Part shown: positions 1-7,339 of the stretch, piece after piece
How positions within the stretch are numbered: the first letter of the stretch is position 1
Layout of the letters: each line of letters begins with the position of its first letter
Source: an uncultured Anaerolineales bacterium
Lineage (GTDB): Bacteria > Chloroflexota > Anaerolineae > UBA4142
Length of the DNA stretch: 15,968 nucleotides
Direction: 5' to 3'
Assembly: GCA_903825565.1 (NCBI GenBank)
Contig: CAIKBD010000346.1
Location: forward strand, 1-15,968
Position numbers and translations under genes: made by a program
The notes under the pieces: generated by a model
Databases searched by the model: none
What the model saw: the letters and a program-made list of their open reading frames with translations, nothing else
What the model was told of the DNA's origin: nothing

Positions 1-49
1 CTTGGACTCGAACAGTATAACGACGCATTCCAAACCTCGTGAGAAAAAA

Positions 50-397
50 TTAGCCACGCCGATGCGTGCGCCAACTGGTTGTTTGGCGCGTGCGCCCAAC
101 GGCAACCCAGCGACTGGGCAGCGTGCCGGGTTGGTGGCGACGCATGGTCGGTGCGGCTTGTTTGCGGAGCACGCTACGATGTGCGCGCACGGCAATCGTG
201 ATCGCGGCGATGGCGTCCGCGTCAAGACCGGCGGGGAATGTCGGCGCGGGCGCGCTTGCCGGTTCGGGTTCGCCGGCGGCGGGCGCGTGATCGAATTTTA
301 CCAACAAGGTGATCAGCCCTGCCATCACGGCGAGCAGAAGAAAAACAATCCCCATTCCATACACGGTCAATTGCAAACCGGTGTCAAGCAAGTTCAT
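50..397 (-). CDS. OadG-like small membrane subunit (oxaloacetate / methylmalonyl-CoA decarboxylase gamma/delta family)
   Basis: The N-terminus MNLLDTGLQLTVYGMGIVFLLLAVMAGLITLLVKF is the typical OadG single-TM signature, followed by an Ala/Pro-rich linker and an AIAAITIAVRAHR-type C-terminal region. A GAGAGGA Shine-Dalgarno sits 4 nt upstream of the ATG at 397. The gene lies directly downstream of the carboxyltransferase gene, which is the usual operon context. The true stop may be earlier than 50. Confidence 0.55.
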   Translation of the reverse strand: MNLLDTGLQLTVYGMGIVFLLLAVMAGLITLLVKFDHAPAAGEPEPASAPAPTFPAGLDADAIAAITIAVRAHRSVLRKQAAPTMRRHQPGTLPSRWVAVGRTRQTTSWRTHRRG

Positions 398-453
398 ATC
401 ATCCTCTCGGCAGGTCGGCGCGGCGGCAACCGGTTGCCCGGCTGTCGGTTCGC

Positions 454-1998
454 CTAGACCGGCATCAAGCCATGCTTTTTCGGCGGATTCTGTTTGACTT
501 TGGTGCGAAGCACTTCGAGCGCGCGGATGAGGCGCGGGCGCGTTTCCTTCGGCTCGATGATCTCGTCAATCTGTCCCAGGTCTGCCGCCATGTACGGGTT
601 GAAGAATTTTTCGCGGTACTCGTGTTCAAATTCCCGAATCGTTTTGGTTGGCTCGGCGGACGCGGCGAGTTGCTTGCGGTACAACACGCGCACGGCGCCG
701 TCCGCGCCCATCACCGCGATCTGCGCGGTGGGCCAGGCGAGCATGAGGTCGCAGCGCATCTGTTTGGAACTCATGGCGAGGTACGCGCCGCCAATCGCCT
801 TGCGCGTGACGATGGAAATTTTCGGCACCGTCGCTTCGCAGTACGCGTAAATCACTTTCGCGCCGTGCCGAATGATCCCGTAATGTTCCTGGTCTATGCC
901 GGGCAAATAGCCGGGCGTGTCCACGAACGTGACGATGGGAATGTTGAACGCGTCGCAGATGCGGACGAACCGCGCGATCTTGTCGCTCGAATCAATGTCG
1001 AGCACGCCGGCGAGGAACGACGGTTGGTTGGCGACGATGCCGACCGAGTAGCCGTCGAGCCGCGCGAAACCGACGAGCGCGTTGCGCGCATAGTACGGGT
1101 GCACTTCGGTAAAACTATTGTGATCCACAACGGCTTGGATGATTTCGCGCACGTCGTAGGGTTCGTTCTCGTCCGCCGGGATAATTGCGTTAAGCCGCTC
1201 TTCCATCCGCTCCGCCGGATCATACGGTTCGATCTGGGGCGGGTCTTCGGTGTTGTTTTGCGGCAAGTAACTGAGCAGTAACTTGGTGAGTTGAATTGCC
1301 TCGTTCTCGTTTTCGGCGACGAGTTGCGCGACGCCGCTTTTGGCATTGTGCACCATCGTGCCGCCCAAGTCTTGCATCGAAACTTGTTCGCCGGTGACGG
1401 ACTGGATCACTTCGGGCCCCGTGATGAACATGTAACTACCGCGTCGGGTCATGATCACGAAATCCATCAACGCCGGCGAATAGACCGAGCCGCCCGCGCA
1501 CGGTCCCAAAATCACCGAAATTTGCGGGATCACGCCGGACGCGAGCACGTTGCGCGTAAACACTTCGCCATACGCCGCGAGCGAGCGCACGCCCTCTTGG
1601 ATGCGCGCGCCGCCCGAATCGTTCAGCCCGATCAGCGGAATGCCCGATTCCAGCGCGAGGTCTTGGATGTGGCAAATCTTGGTGGACTGGACTTCGGAGA
1701 ATGAGCCGCCCAGCACGGTGAAATCTTGCGCGTAGACGGCGACGCGCCGCCCGTTGATCTTGCCAAAGCCGGTGACGATGCCATCGCCGGGAAAGCGCTG
1801 CTCGCTCATTCCAAAGTCGGTGAGGTTGTGCGTGGCGAGCGCGCCCAATTCCTGAAACGATCCCTCATCGAGCAAAAGCGCGAGCCGTTCGCGCGCGGTC
1901 AATTTGCCGCGGTCATGTTGTTGCTTGATGCGTTCCGCGCCGCCGCCTTGCATCGCTTTTTCGCGCAGTTCGCGTAAACGCGTCAAAGAATCATTCAT
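454..1998 (-). CDS. Acyl-CoA carboxylase carboxyltransferase subunit (propionyl-CoA carboxylase beta / methylmalonyl-CoA decarboxylase alpha family)
   Basis: 515 aa if started at MNDSLTRLRELREKA, the ATG at 1996-1998, which is preceded by GGGGGAGATGG (SD). The full-length match to the carboxyltransferase family includes GGGAERIKQQHDRGKLTARERL, the biotin-substrate site GGSFSEVQSTKICHIQDLA, and the C-terminal CoA-binding half with GGAYLAM. The longer 534-aa ORF in the track begins at an upstream in-frame ATG that has no RBS. Confidence 0.9.
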   Translation of the reverse strand: MNDSLTRLRELREKAMQGGGAERIKQQHDRGKLTARERLALLLDEGSFQELGALATHNLTDFGMSEQRFPGDGIVTGFGKINGRRVAVYAQDFTVLGGSFSEVQSTKICHIQDLALESGIPLIGLNDSGGARIQEGVRSLAAYGEVFTRNVLASGVIPQISVILGPCAGGSVYSPALMDFVIMTRRGSYMFITGPEVIQSVTGEQVSMQDLGGTMVHNAKSGVAQLVAENENEAIQLTKLLLSYLPQNNTEDPPQIEPYDPAERMEERLNAIIPADENEPYDVREIIQAVVDHNSFTEVHPYYARNALVGFARLDGYSVGIVANQPSFLAGVLDIDSSDKIARFVRICDAFNIPIVTFVDTPGYLPGIDQEHYGIIRHGAKVIYAYCEATVPKISIVTRKAIGGAYLAMSSKQMRCDLMLAWPTAQIAVMGADGAVRVLYRKQLAASAEPTKTIREFEHEYREKFFNPYMAADLGQIDEIIEPKETRPRLIRALEVLRTKVKQNPPKKHGLMPV

Positions 1999-2077
1999 TC
2001 CATCTCCCCCAAAAATAAAATTGCTCTGTTTTTCACAGTCACGTTCCATTATATCCAAACCACGTGCGAGGGCAAGA

Positions 2078-2115
2078 AAAGGCGCAACCCGTTTTCACGC
2101 GGGAAGCGGAAAACG
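2078..2115 (-). terminator. Putative intrinsic terminator / stem-loop downstream of the 2143..2805 gene
   Basis: A perfect 13-bp inverted repeat GCAACCCGTTTTC / GAAAACGGGTTGC with a 12-nt loop. On the minus strand it is followed by GCCTTTTCTTGCC, which is only moderately U-rich. Confidence 0.45.
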
Positions 2116-2142
2116 GGTTGCGGATTCGGTGGGGGACACCGC

Positions 2143-2805
2143 TTATTTTTTTTGCAATTCCTCGACGACTTTTTGCACGTCGGTCACCTCGGTGATTTTG
2201 CCTTGCGTGACCAAATCTTTGAGCAGGGTGGTCGTGTCGGTGTTCGCCGGCAATTTCAAGCCGGTCAGAATTTTATCGAGCGGGACCGCGCATTGTTCGC
2301 TGACGTTTTTGAGCGACATGCCGCCTTTGATTTGACTCGCCGGCAAAACCTGGCCGGCGGGCAGTGGCGTGGGTCCCGTGCCGGTGCCGGTAACGTGCGT
2401 CGCGGTAGCGGCGGGTGTCGCGGCGGGCGTCGCGGCGGCGGCGGGTGCCGGCGTCGTGTTCGCGCTGGGCGCAACCGGCGCGCCGCTCAGTTTGGCGGTG
2501 ATGGCGTCGCGGAAGCCGGTGGTCGAGAAACCGGGGACGAGCGCTTCCAGGTCTTTCAACGCTTTTTCGGTGGGCACATCGGCGGGAATTTTGCCGGCGG
2601 CGTAGACATCTTCCTTCGACATTTTCAAACCGTCCATGACTTGTTGCAACGTCATCCAACCCTTGAGGTCAGCGGCAGTCATTTTGGTCACATCAATTGC
2701 GGCTTTGCCGCTGACGCTCCATTTACCGGTGGCTTGCGCGCCGAGCGCGGTGCCGACGAGCGCGACGATCAAGATGATGGGCATTACGAATGGATTGACA
2801 CGCAT
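2143..2805 (-). CDS. Secreted hypothetical protein with Ala/Pro/Thr-rich linker
   Basis: ATG at 2803-2805 with GGAGGA SD 6 nt upstream. The N-terminal signal peptide is MRVNPFVMPIILIVALVGTALGAQA|TGK. A ~100-aa N-terminal domain and a ~70-aa C-terminal domain are separated by the low-complexity (TPA)n stretch APVAPSANTTPAPAAAATPAATPAATATHVTGTGTGPTPLP. I could not recognise either domain. Confidence 0.6.
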   Translation of the reverse strand: MRVNPFVMPIILIVALVGTALGAQATGKWSVSGKAAIDVTKMTAADLKGWMTLQQVMDGLKMSKEDVYAAGKIPADVPTEKALKDLEALVPGFSTTGFRDAITAKLSGAPVAPSANTTPAPAAAATPAATPAATATHVTGTGTGPTPLPAGQVLPASQIKGGMSLKNVSEQCAVPLDKILTGLKLPANTDTTTLLKDLVTQGKITEVTDVQKVVEELQKK

Positions 2806-2835
2806 TTTGAATCCTCCAAGAAAACGAATGGTGAG

Positions 2836-3750
2836 TTACGCTTTGGGCGCGGTGGGTTTGCGGAAGGGCGCGAGCCAAATCGGCGCGGCTTGCACTTCCA
2901 AGACGCCGTGACGCGGGCACGCTTCGACGCACGCGAGACAACCGATGCAATCACTGCTGATGGTGTCGGCGGTGGCGACCGGCAATTTCACCGGGCACGG
3001 TTTTTCGCAGACGTTGCACCCTTTACAACCTTCGCCTTGCCGGCGAATCCGCAAGAAACTCAAGTTGCCGAGCAGACTGATCGCGCCGCCGAGCGGGCAC
3101 AGGTAGCGGCACCACGCGCGTTCGACAAAGAGCGAGGCGACGAGGATGACGATCACGACGAGGTACGCGCCCCACGCTTCCGCCGGGTTAAACTCAAAGA
3201 TCCAACCGAGACCGAACAAGGTGCGATAGGGATCCCAATCGCCGAACCATAGTTTCACCGTAGCAATCGTTTGATACATGATGAACGCGAGCGTGACAAA
3301 CCGGCCCCAGCGCAAAACGCGATCCACATTCGCCGGCAGTTTGATTTCCTTGATGCGAAGTTTCGTGCGAATCCAGTTCATCAAATCCTGCACGGCGCCG
3401 AACGGGCAGACCCAGCCGCAGAACGCGCCGCCGGCGATCAGCACGCCGATCAACAAGCCGATGCCCAGGACGATGTTCGAGAGATGCGTTTTGGAAATGA
3501 ACTGCGCGCCGCCCGTGGTGATGAACCGCCACAAGGTTTCCAAGCCGCCCATCGGACAGAGCGCGTCAATCGAAGCGGTGGTGCCATCCTCGCCCGCGGT
3601 GTTGTGCACGACTGCGGCGTAGAGAATGAACGCGGTGAACGCGAGTTGCGAGATGCGGCGGATGCGATCCGTCCAAGTCATTCGCCAGCGGCGTTCCGCC
3701 GCCGGCGCCGTTGGTCGTTTAATGTCGAGAAAAAGATTTGGTGTTGACAT
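2836..3750 (-). CDS. NapH/MauN-like membrane-bound polyferredoxin (4Fe-4S binding protein)
   Basis: 305 aa from MSTPNLFLDIK, the ATG at 3748-3750 with GGGGGA SD. There are four TM segments and two CX3CP motifs, CGWVCPFG and CRYLCPLG. Two C-terminal ferredoxin motifs are CKGCNVCEKPCP and CIGCLACVEACP. This is the NapH/MauN/CcoG architecture. The 384-aa ORF in the track has an implausible Arg-rich N-terminal extension. Confidence 0.8.
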   Translation of the reverse strand: MSTPNLFLDIKRPTAPAAERRWRMTWTDRIRRISQLAFTAFILYAAVVHNTAGEDGTTASIDALCPMGGLETLWRFITTGGAQFISKTHLSNIVLGIGLLIGVLIAGGAFCGWVCPFGAVQDLMNWIRTKLRIKEIKLPANVDRVLRWGRFVTLAFIMYQTIATVKLWFGDWDPYRTLFGLGWIFEFNPAEAWGAYLVVIVILVASLFVERAWCRYLCPLGGAISLLGNLSFLRIRRQGEGCKGCNVCEKPCPVKLPVATADTISSDCIGCLACVEACPRHGVLEVQAAPIWLAPFRKPTAPKA

Positions 3751-3810
3751 GGTGTCCCCCTTGAATTTGTTTCGCTTGCTTGTCTTCACTATACTCAAGC
3801 GGTGTGGAGA

Positions 3811-3830
3811 TGTTGTGGAGATCGGATAGA
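3811..3830 (-). promoter_or_regulatory. Direct repeat TGTGGAGAT x2, a possible operator in the promoter region of the NapH-like operon
   Basis: TGTGGAGATGTTGTGGAGATC is two 9-mer copies with a 12-bp period. They lie 60-80 bp upstream of the NapH-like start codon, between the upstream terminator and the gene. Confidence 0.3.
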
Positions 3831-3896
3831 CGAGTGATGGAGTTCCGGGCGGCGCGCCGGACAAATTTGTAAATTGGCGCGACCTTTTCAAGGAGC

Positions 3897-3934
3897 AAAA
3901 AAACGGCGGGCAGAGTTGTACACTCTGCCCGCCG
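3897..3934 (-). terminator. Rho-independent terminator of the 3957..4484 gene
   Basis: A perfect 12-bp stem CGGCGGGCAGAG / CTCTGCCCGCCG with a 7-nt loop. On the minus strand it is followed by a run of seven U, the plus-strand A7 at 3897-3903. It lies 23 nt downstream of the stop codon. Confidence 0.85.
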
Positions 3935-3956
3935 CGAGAGGAGAAATCGTGGGCGT

Positions 3957-4484
3957 CTAGCCGCCGTTGCCGCGTCCTTTGCCCGACCAACCCGGGCGTC
4001 CGTACTGATCGCGCAGTTGCACGTTCGTGCCGGTCGTCAGGTTTTCGATCTTGGTGGTTTCAAAGATGCCGGCTTGATCAAACCCGGTCAGACGAATCTG
4101 ATCGCCGATTTTTGCCGTGAATTTGTTTTCGAGCGCAAAAGACCAGGGCCGATTTTCGACGATCAATTCCTTGCCGTCTGCGGTTTTAATCGCCAGGGTG
4201 ATCGCGTCCACGCTGGCGACGGTGCCGGTCGCGGTCGTGGTTTGCAGTGGTTGCGCCGTGTTCGTGTCGAGTTGCCCCCAGCGTGGACCTTGCCCGCCGT
4301 TGTAGGTTGTGCCGTCGCTCGGCGCGGTCGTGTTCATATTGCCGCGCCCTTGCCCGTAGCCGCCGCCGGTGACTTGCGTGGCGGTCGTCGCGCCGGTTTT
4401 ATCGAGCGTGCGAATGACTGCGCCCACGGCGACGATGCCCAGCGCCAGTGCGATTAGTGAAACGATCAAAATCTTTTTGAACAT
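3957..4484 (-). CDS. Secreted / membrane-anchored hypothetical protein
   Basis: ATG at 4484 with GGAGG SD (TTCACGGAGGTTAAAATG). The N-terminal signal or anchor is MFKKILIVSLIALALGIVAVGAV. A Gly/Thr/Asn-rich low-complexity region follows, then a ~90-aa beta-rich domain (VASVDAITLAIKTADGKELIVENRPWSF...IRLTGF) and a Gly-rich tail. A strong terminator follows the gene. Confidence 0.6.
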   Translation of the reverse strand: MFKKILIVSLIALALGIVAVGAVIRTLDKTGATTATQVTGGGYGQGRGNMNTTAPSDGTTYNGGQGPRWGQLDTNTAQPLQTTTATGTVASVDAITLAIKTADGKELIVENRPWSFALENKFTAKIGDQIRLTGFDQAGIFETTKIENLTTGTNVQLRDQYGRPGWSGKGRGNGG

Positions 4485-4537
4485 TTTAACCTCCGTGAAT
4501 TTGCGAGTTGTTGGTTGGTTTCAATTTGTGGAAAAAA

Positions 4538-5146
4538 CTACGCTTGCGTTTCGGCGTTCACGAGTTTAACCCGCGTGGGTTGCCAGCCACCACCGAACAA
4601 ACGCCCGGTGACGTTGGTGATCCAGCGCCAGTGAATCGCCAGGTGCACGGCGACTGCGCCGACGAGCGCAACGAACGCCCACGTGTGGATCAAATCCCAG
4701 GTCGTGCTATCGAACAGGAACGGCGCGCCGGTTTTGCCGGTGAAGAAAAAATACAGTCCCGATGCGGCGGTGAGCGTGAAAGAGATTGCGACGAGGGTGT
4801 TGATCGCGATGTTAAATTTCGCGCCTGCCGACAACGCGCCCGCGCCGCGCAGAACGCTGAGCGTCTTTTTAGTCATCGCCACGACCCAGCGCCAATGGAT
4901 GAGCACGTGCAGTGCGGCGACGACGATCATCGCCACGCCCGTCCACGTGTGCCAATCTTCCCAGGTGTGGCGGTCGAACAAGATCGTGATGCCATAGTAG
5001 GGGTTGCGGCCGCCGCGGTACCCGCCGGTGGGCAGAAACAAAAAGTAGATGCCGGACACCGCCGCGATCAACCCGCTGAGAAAAAGCGTTATATCGGTCA
5101 ACCAGTTTGCGCGCGTTTGTAGAGCCAGTCCTCGGTTTGCCATCAT
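4538..5146 (-). CDS. DUF4405-like membrane protein (putative heme-binding, cytochrome b-type), internally duplicated
   Basis: Start MMANRGLALQ at the tandem ATGs 5141-5146, with AGGAGG immediately upstream, so the SD spacing is short. There are four TM helices arranged as two repeated 2-TM modules. Each module ends in H(V/L)(L/A)IHWRW, giving LHVLIHWRWV and VHLAIHWRWI, and both carry conserved His. The upstream 70 aa of the track ORF are Ala/Ser-rich and unlikely to be coding. Confidence 0.55.
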   Translation of the reverse strand: MMANRGLALQTRANWLTDITLFLSGLIAAVSGIYFLFLPTGGYRGGRNPYYGITILFDRHTWEDWHTWTGVAMIVVAALHVLIHWRWVVAMTKKTLSVLRGAGALSAGAKFNIAINTLVAISFTLTAASGLYFFFTGKTGAPFLFDSTTWDLIHTWAFVALVGAVAVHLAIHWRWITNVTGRLFGGGWQPTRVKLVNAETQA

Positions 5147-5221
5147 GCCTCCTTGATCGTTGATTCTGGCATTATCATAGCAAAAGGTTATGGAGAAAAG
5201 ATGGAGGCGGTTTGGAGAAAG

Positions 5222-5263
5222 CAAGGATAAAAACAAAAGGATGAAGGCGAAACCTTCATCCTT
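5222..5263 (-). terminator. Rho-independent terminator of the 5310..5756 gene
   Basis: A perfect 11-bp stem AAGGATGAAGG / CCTTCATCCTT with loop CGAAA. On the minus strand it is followed by UUUGUUUUUAUCC. Confidence 0.8.
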
Positions 5264-5309
5264 TATCCGGGCAAAAATTTTCCAAGCGGTTTGTGCAACC
5301 GATGCGGCT

Positions 5310-5756
5310 CTAGTCGTGGCGTCCCCGCGCAAACCACTTGCCGCCGAGCCAGCCGCCGAATCCGCCAATCACGCTGTTGACGATTGCCAAGCCGAGCATC
5401 GGCGACCAAATGAAAAATCCGAGGAGGGAAACGCCGAGCATCGTTCCAACGCCGACCCAAATTCCCCAGCGCGCCGGATGGAGCGAGCGCGCCGGGATGA
5501 ACATGCCCGCCAGCGCGCCCGCCAATCCGCCGATGAGAATACCGCCGATGGGTCCGAAACACATCGCGTTGAAAATCGCGTTGGCGAATGCTTGCTCGGG
5601 CGTGACCTGCTCCGAGATGCCGAGCCGTTCGCCCATTTGTAATTTGCGCGCGACCTCTGCTGGAAACCACACGAGCGCGGCGAGCCAGCCGCTGATCGCG
5701 CCGGCGATGATTCCGCTGGCGGTGCCGCGAATGAGCAATGCAAATCTGGCGCGCAT
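5310..5756 (-). CDS. Small integral membrane protein with glycine-zipper TM helices (possibly GlsB/YeaQ/YmgE-like)
   Basis: ATG at 5754-5756 with AGGAGA SD 9 nt upstream. It has four predicted TM helices rich in GxxxG motifs (IGGILIGGLAGALAGMF, IGGFGGWLGGKWF). It is coupled to the upstream LivK-like gene by only 13 nt. Confidence 0.5.
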   Translation of the reverse strand: MRARFALLIRGTASGIIAGAISGWLAALVWFPAEVARKLQMGERLGISEQVTPEQAFANAIFNAMCFGPIGGILIGGLAGALAGMFIPARSLHPARWGIWVGVGTMLGVSLLGFFIWSPMLGLAIVNSVIGGFGGWLGGKWFARGRHD

Positions 5757-5769
5757 CGTCAAGGGTCTC

Positions 5770-6897
5770 CTATGGTTTCGGAAAGACTTGGACGAACGCG
5801 CCGTCCTTCACCTGAAAAATGTACACGCGTTGCTCTTTGAGATCGCCGCTCGCGTCGTACGTCACCTTGCCGATGAGCGTCGTCGCGTCGAGCGCGCGGA
5901 TCGCATCGGCAACGCGCGGCGCATCGAGCGTGTTCGCTTTCTTGACGCCTTCCGCCAGCACCAGCATCGCCGCGTAGCCCGGCACGCTATACGTTTCGGG
6001 GTTGCGCGATTCCACTTTTTGATAATCGTTCCACCATTGCTTGTCGCCGACAATTTTCGGATCGGGCGAGATCGCGCCGACGTAGGTGCCTTCGCTCGCG
6101 GGCGCGGCTTCGTCCACGTACGTCGAGTTGAAGCAACCGTCGGAGCAAATGAATTTCGCGGTGATGCCCGCATCGCGTAATTCCGGCAACAGTACCATCC
6201 CTTCGGTTTCATAGCCCGCAAGGAAAACGACATCGGGATTCGCGGTTTTGATCGGCGCGATAAATTTCGCGTACGTCGTTTGCGCTTCCGGGATTTTCAC
6301 GATGGCGGCGGGCGTGATGTTCAATGCTTTGAACGCGTTCGCCATTTGATCGCGCAAGCCGTTGCCGTACTCATTGTCCGCGTGCACGACGACGACGCGC
6401 TTGCCGCCGAGTTGCTCGACGATGAATTTCGCGAGCGCGGGCGCTTGCGCGGCATCGGTCGCGTTGACGCGGAAAAAGTTGCGATAGCCCTGTTTCGTCA
6501 GCGACACTTCGGATGCGGTGGGTGTGATGACGATAAGCGGCAAATCTTTATAGACCTGCATCGCCGCGAGTGTTTGCCCGCTGTTCAAATGTCCGATGAC
6601 GCCGATTACTTTTTTGCCCTGCTTGATCGCGTCCGCGATTTCTTTCGCTTTTTCCGCGGCGACATCCGAATCGGCTTGATCGTCAATCGCGATGACCTTG
6701 ACGGTGTAGCCGAGCAAACCGCCCTGGCGATTGAGTTGATCCGCCATTGTGCGCGCGCCGCCGACGACGGTTTGTCCGCCGTTCGCTTGCCAGCCGGACA
6801 GCGGCGCGACCGCGTAGACGATGACTTCGCCGCGCGGGGCGGTGGCGCAGGCGGTGGCGATGAGCGCGAGCGTGAGCAGTAGGATTATTTTTTTCAT
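5770..6897 (-). CDS. Branched-chain amino acid ABC transporter substrate-binding protein (LivJ/LivK, type I periplasmic binding fold), likely lipoprotein
   Basis: Start MKKIILLLTLALIATACA at the ATG 6895-6897, with GGAG SD 7 nt upstream and a lipobox-like LIATAC. The full-length match to the Leu/Ile/Val-binding family includes VIGHLNSGQTLAA, VVFLAGYETEG and a C-terminal lobe. The 14-aa MSPCHLVLSIRSGS extension in the track is a read-through into the GACAAGG repeat. Confidence 0.85.
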   Translation of the reverse strand: MKKIILLLTLALIATACATAPRGEVIVYAVAPLSGWQANGGQTVVGGARTMADQLNRQGGLLGYTVKVIAIDDQADSDVAAEKAKEIADAIKQGKKVIGVIGHLNSGQTLAAMQVYKDLPLIVITPTASEVSLTKQGYRNFFRVNATDAAQAPALAKFIVEQLGGKRVVVVHADNEYGNGLRDQMANAFKALNITPAAIVKIPEAQTTYAKFIAPIKTANPDVVFLAGYETEGMVLLPELRDAGITAKFICSDGCFNSTYVDEAAPASEGTYVGAISPDPKIVGDKQWWNDYQKVESRNPETYSVPGYAAMLVLAEGVKKANTLDAPRVADAIRALDATTLIGKVTYDASGDLKEQRVYIFQVKDGAFVQVFPKP

Positions 6898-6918
6898 TGA
6901 TCCACTCCGTATGGATAA

Positions 6919-6952
6919 GACAAGGTGACAAGGCGACAAGGCGACAAGGCGA
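6919..6952. repeat. GACAAGG-heptad repeat arm R1, the left terminal inverted repeat of the four-helix-bundle cassette
   Basis: GACAAGGTGACAAGGCGACAAGGCGACAAGGCGA is four tandem (N)GACAAGG units. It is 30/34 identical to the reverse complement of 7338-7376. Confidence 0.8.
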
Positions 6953-6958
6953 AGAATT

Positions 6959-7339
6959 CTAACCGATGATCCACTTGTCTGAATGACGAATCATCAAAAC
7001 CAATTTACCGATGATGTTGTCGTAGGTTGTATACAATTCACGTGCCGCTGTGGGTTCAAGATAATTGCATTTAACTGCAAACTCGATCCAAACCTGGGTT
7101 TCATTTGCTTCAGCTTCTGCAATGTTTAGGCAATTCTCAAAAGCACCCTCATATCGTCGTCGGCGCCATGCCTCCGCGATATTCGAGCACACGGCACGTG
7201 ACGAGCGACGAATCTGATCCGTGAGCGAATAGGTTTCCTCTTTTGGAAATTGCTTGGTCAGGGCAAAGATTTCCATCGCGGCATCAAAACCCATCGTGTA
7301 CACTTCTAGGTCACGATGCGTTTTTATTTTATTTGCCAC
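6959..7339 (-). CDS. Four-helix-bundle protein (TIGR02436; 23S rRNA intervening-sequence protein / DGR Avd-like family)
   Basis: The sequence RDLEVYTMGFDAAMEIFALTKQFPKEETYSLTDQIRRSSRAVCSNIAEAWRRRRYEGAFENCLNIAEAEANETQVWIEFAVKCNYL is the canonical signature of this family. The start is uncertain: GTG at 7337-7339 follows AAGGAGA, GTG at 7358-7360 lies inside repeat R2, and ATG (M of MGFD) lies further in. Confidence 0.75.
   Translation of the reverse strand: MANKIKTHRDLEVYTMGFDAAMEIFALTKQFPKEETYSLTDQIRRSSRAVCSNIAEAWRRRRYEGAFENCLNIAEAEANETQVWIEFAVKCNYLEPTAARELYTTYDNIIGKLVLMIRHSDKWIIG

Noticed and set aside
2-457. 151-aa plus-strand ORF at the window start
   Set aside because: It overlaps the OadG-like gene on the opposite strand. 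It has no start context and its translation is Arg/Gly-rich.
472-1281. 269-aa plus-strand ORF
   Set aside because: It is antisense to the carboxyltransferase gene. It is a shadow frame.
1999-2058. Upstream in-frame ATG (MDIMERDCEKQSNFIFGGDG) as the carboxyltransferase start
   Set aside because: The family N-terminus begins at MNDSLTRLRELREKA, which has a GGGGGAG Shine-Dalgarno. The extension has no RBS and covers the intergenic hairpin region.
2152-3252. 366-aa plus-strand ORF, Arg/Gly-rich
   Set aside because: It is a shadow frame antisense to the NapH-like and secreted-protein genes. It has extreme Arg/Gly content with no hydrophobic core, as expected from the complementary strand of GC-rich coding sequence.
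6897-6939. N-terminal MSPCHLVLSIRSGS extension of the LivK-like ORF, and similar MSPC/LSPC peptide starts in other track ORFs
   Set aside because: These are translations of the GACAAGG heptad repeat. The real start, MKKIILLL, has a signal peptide and an SD. The recurring peptide is a repeat artefact, not a protein motif.
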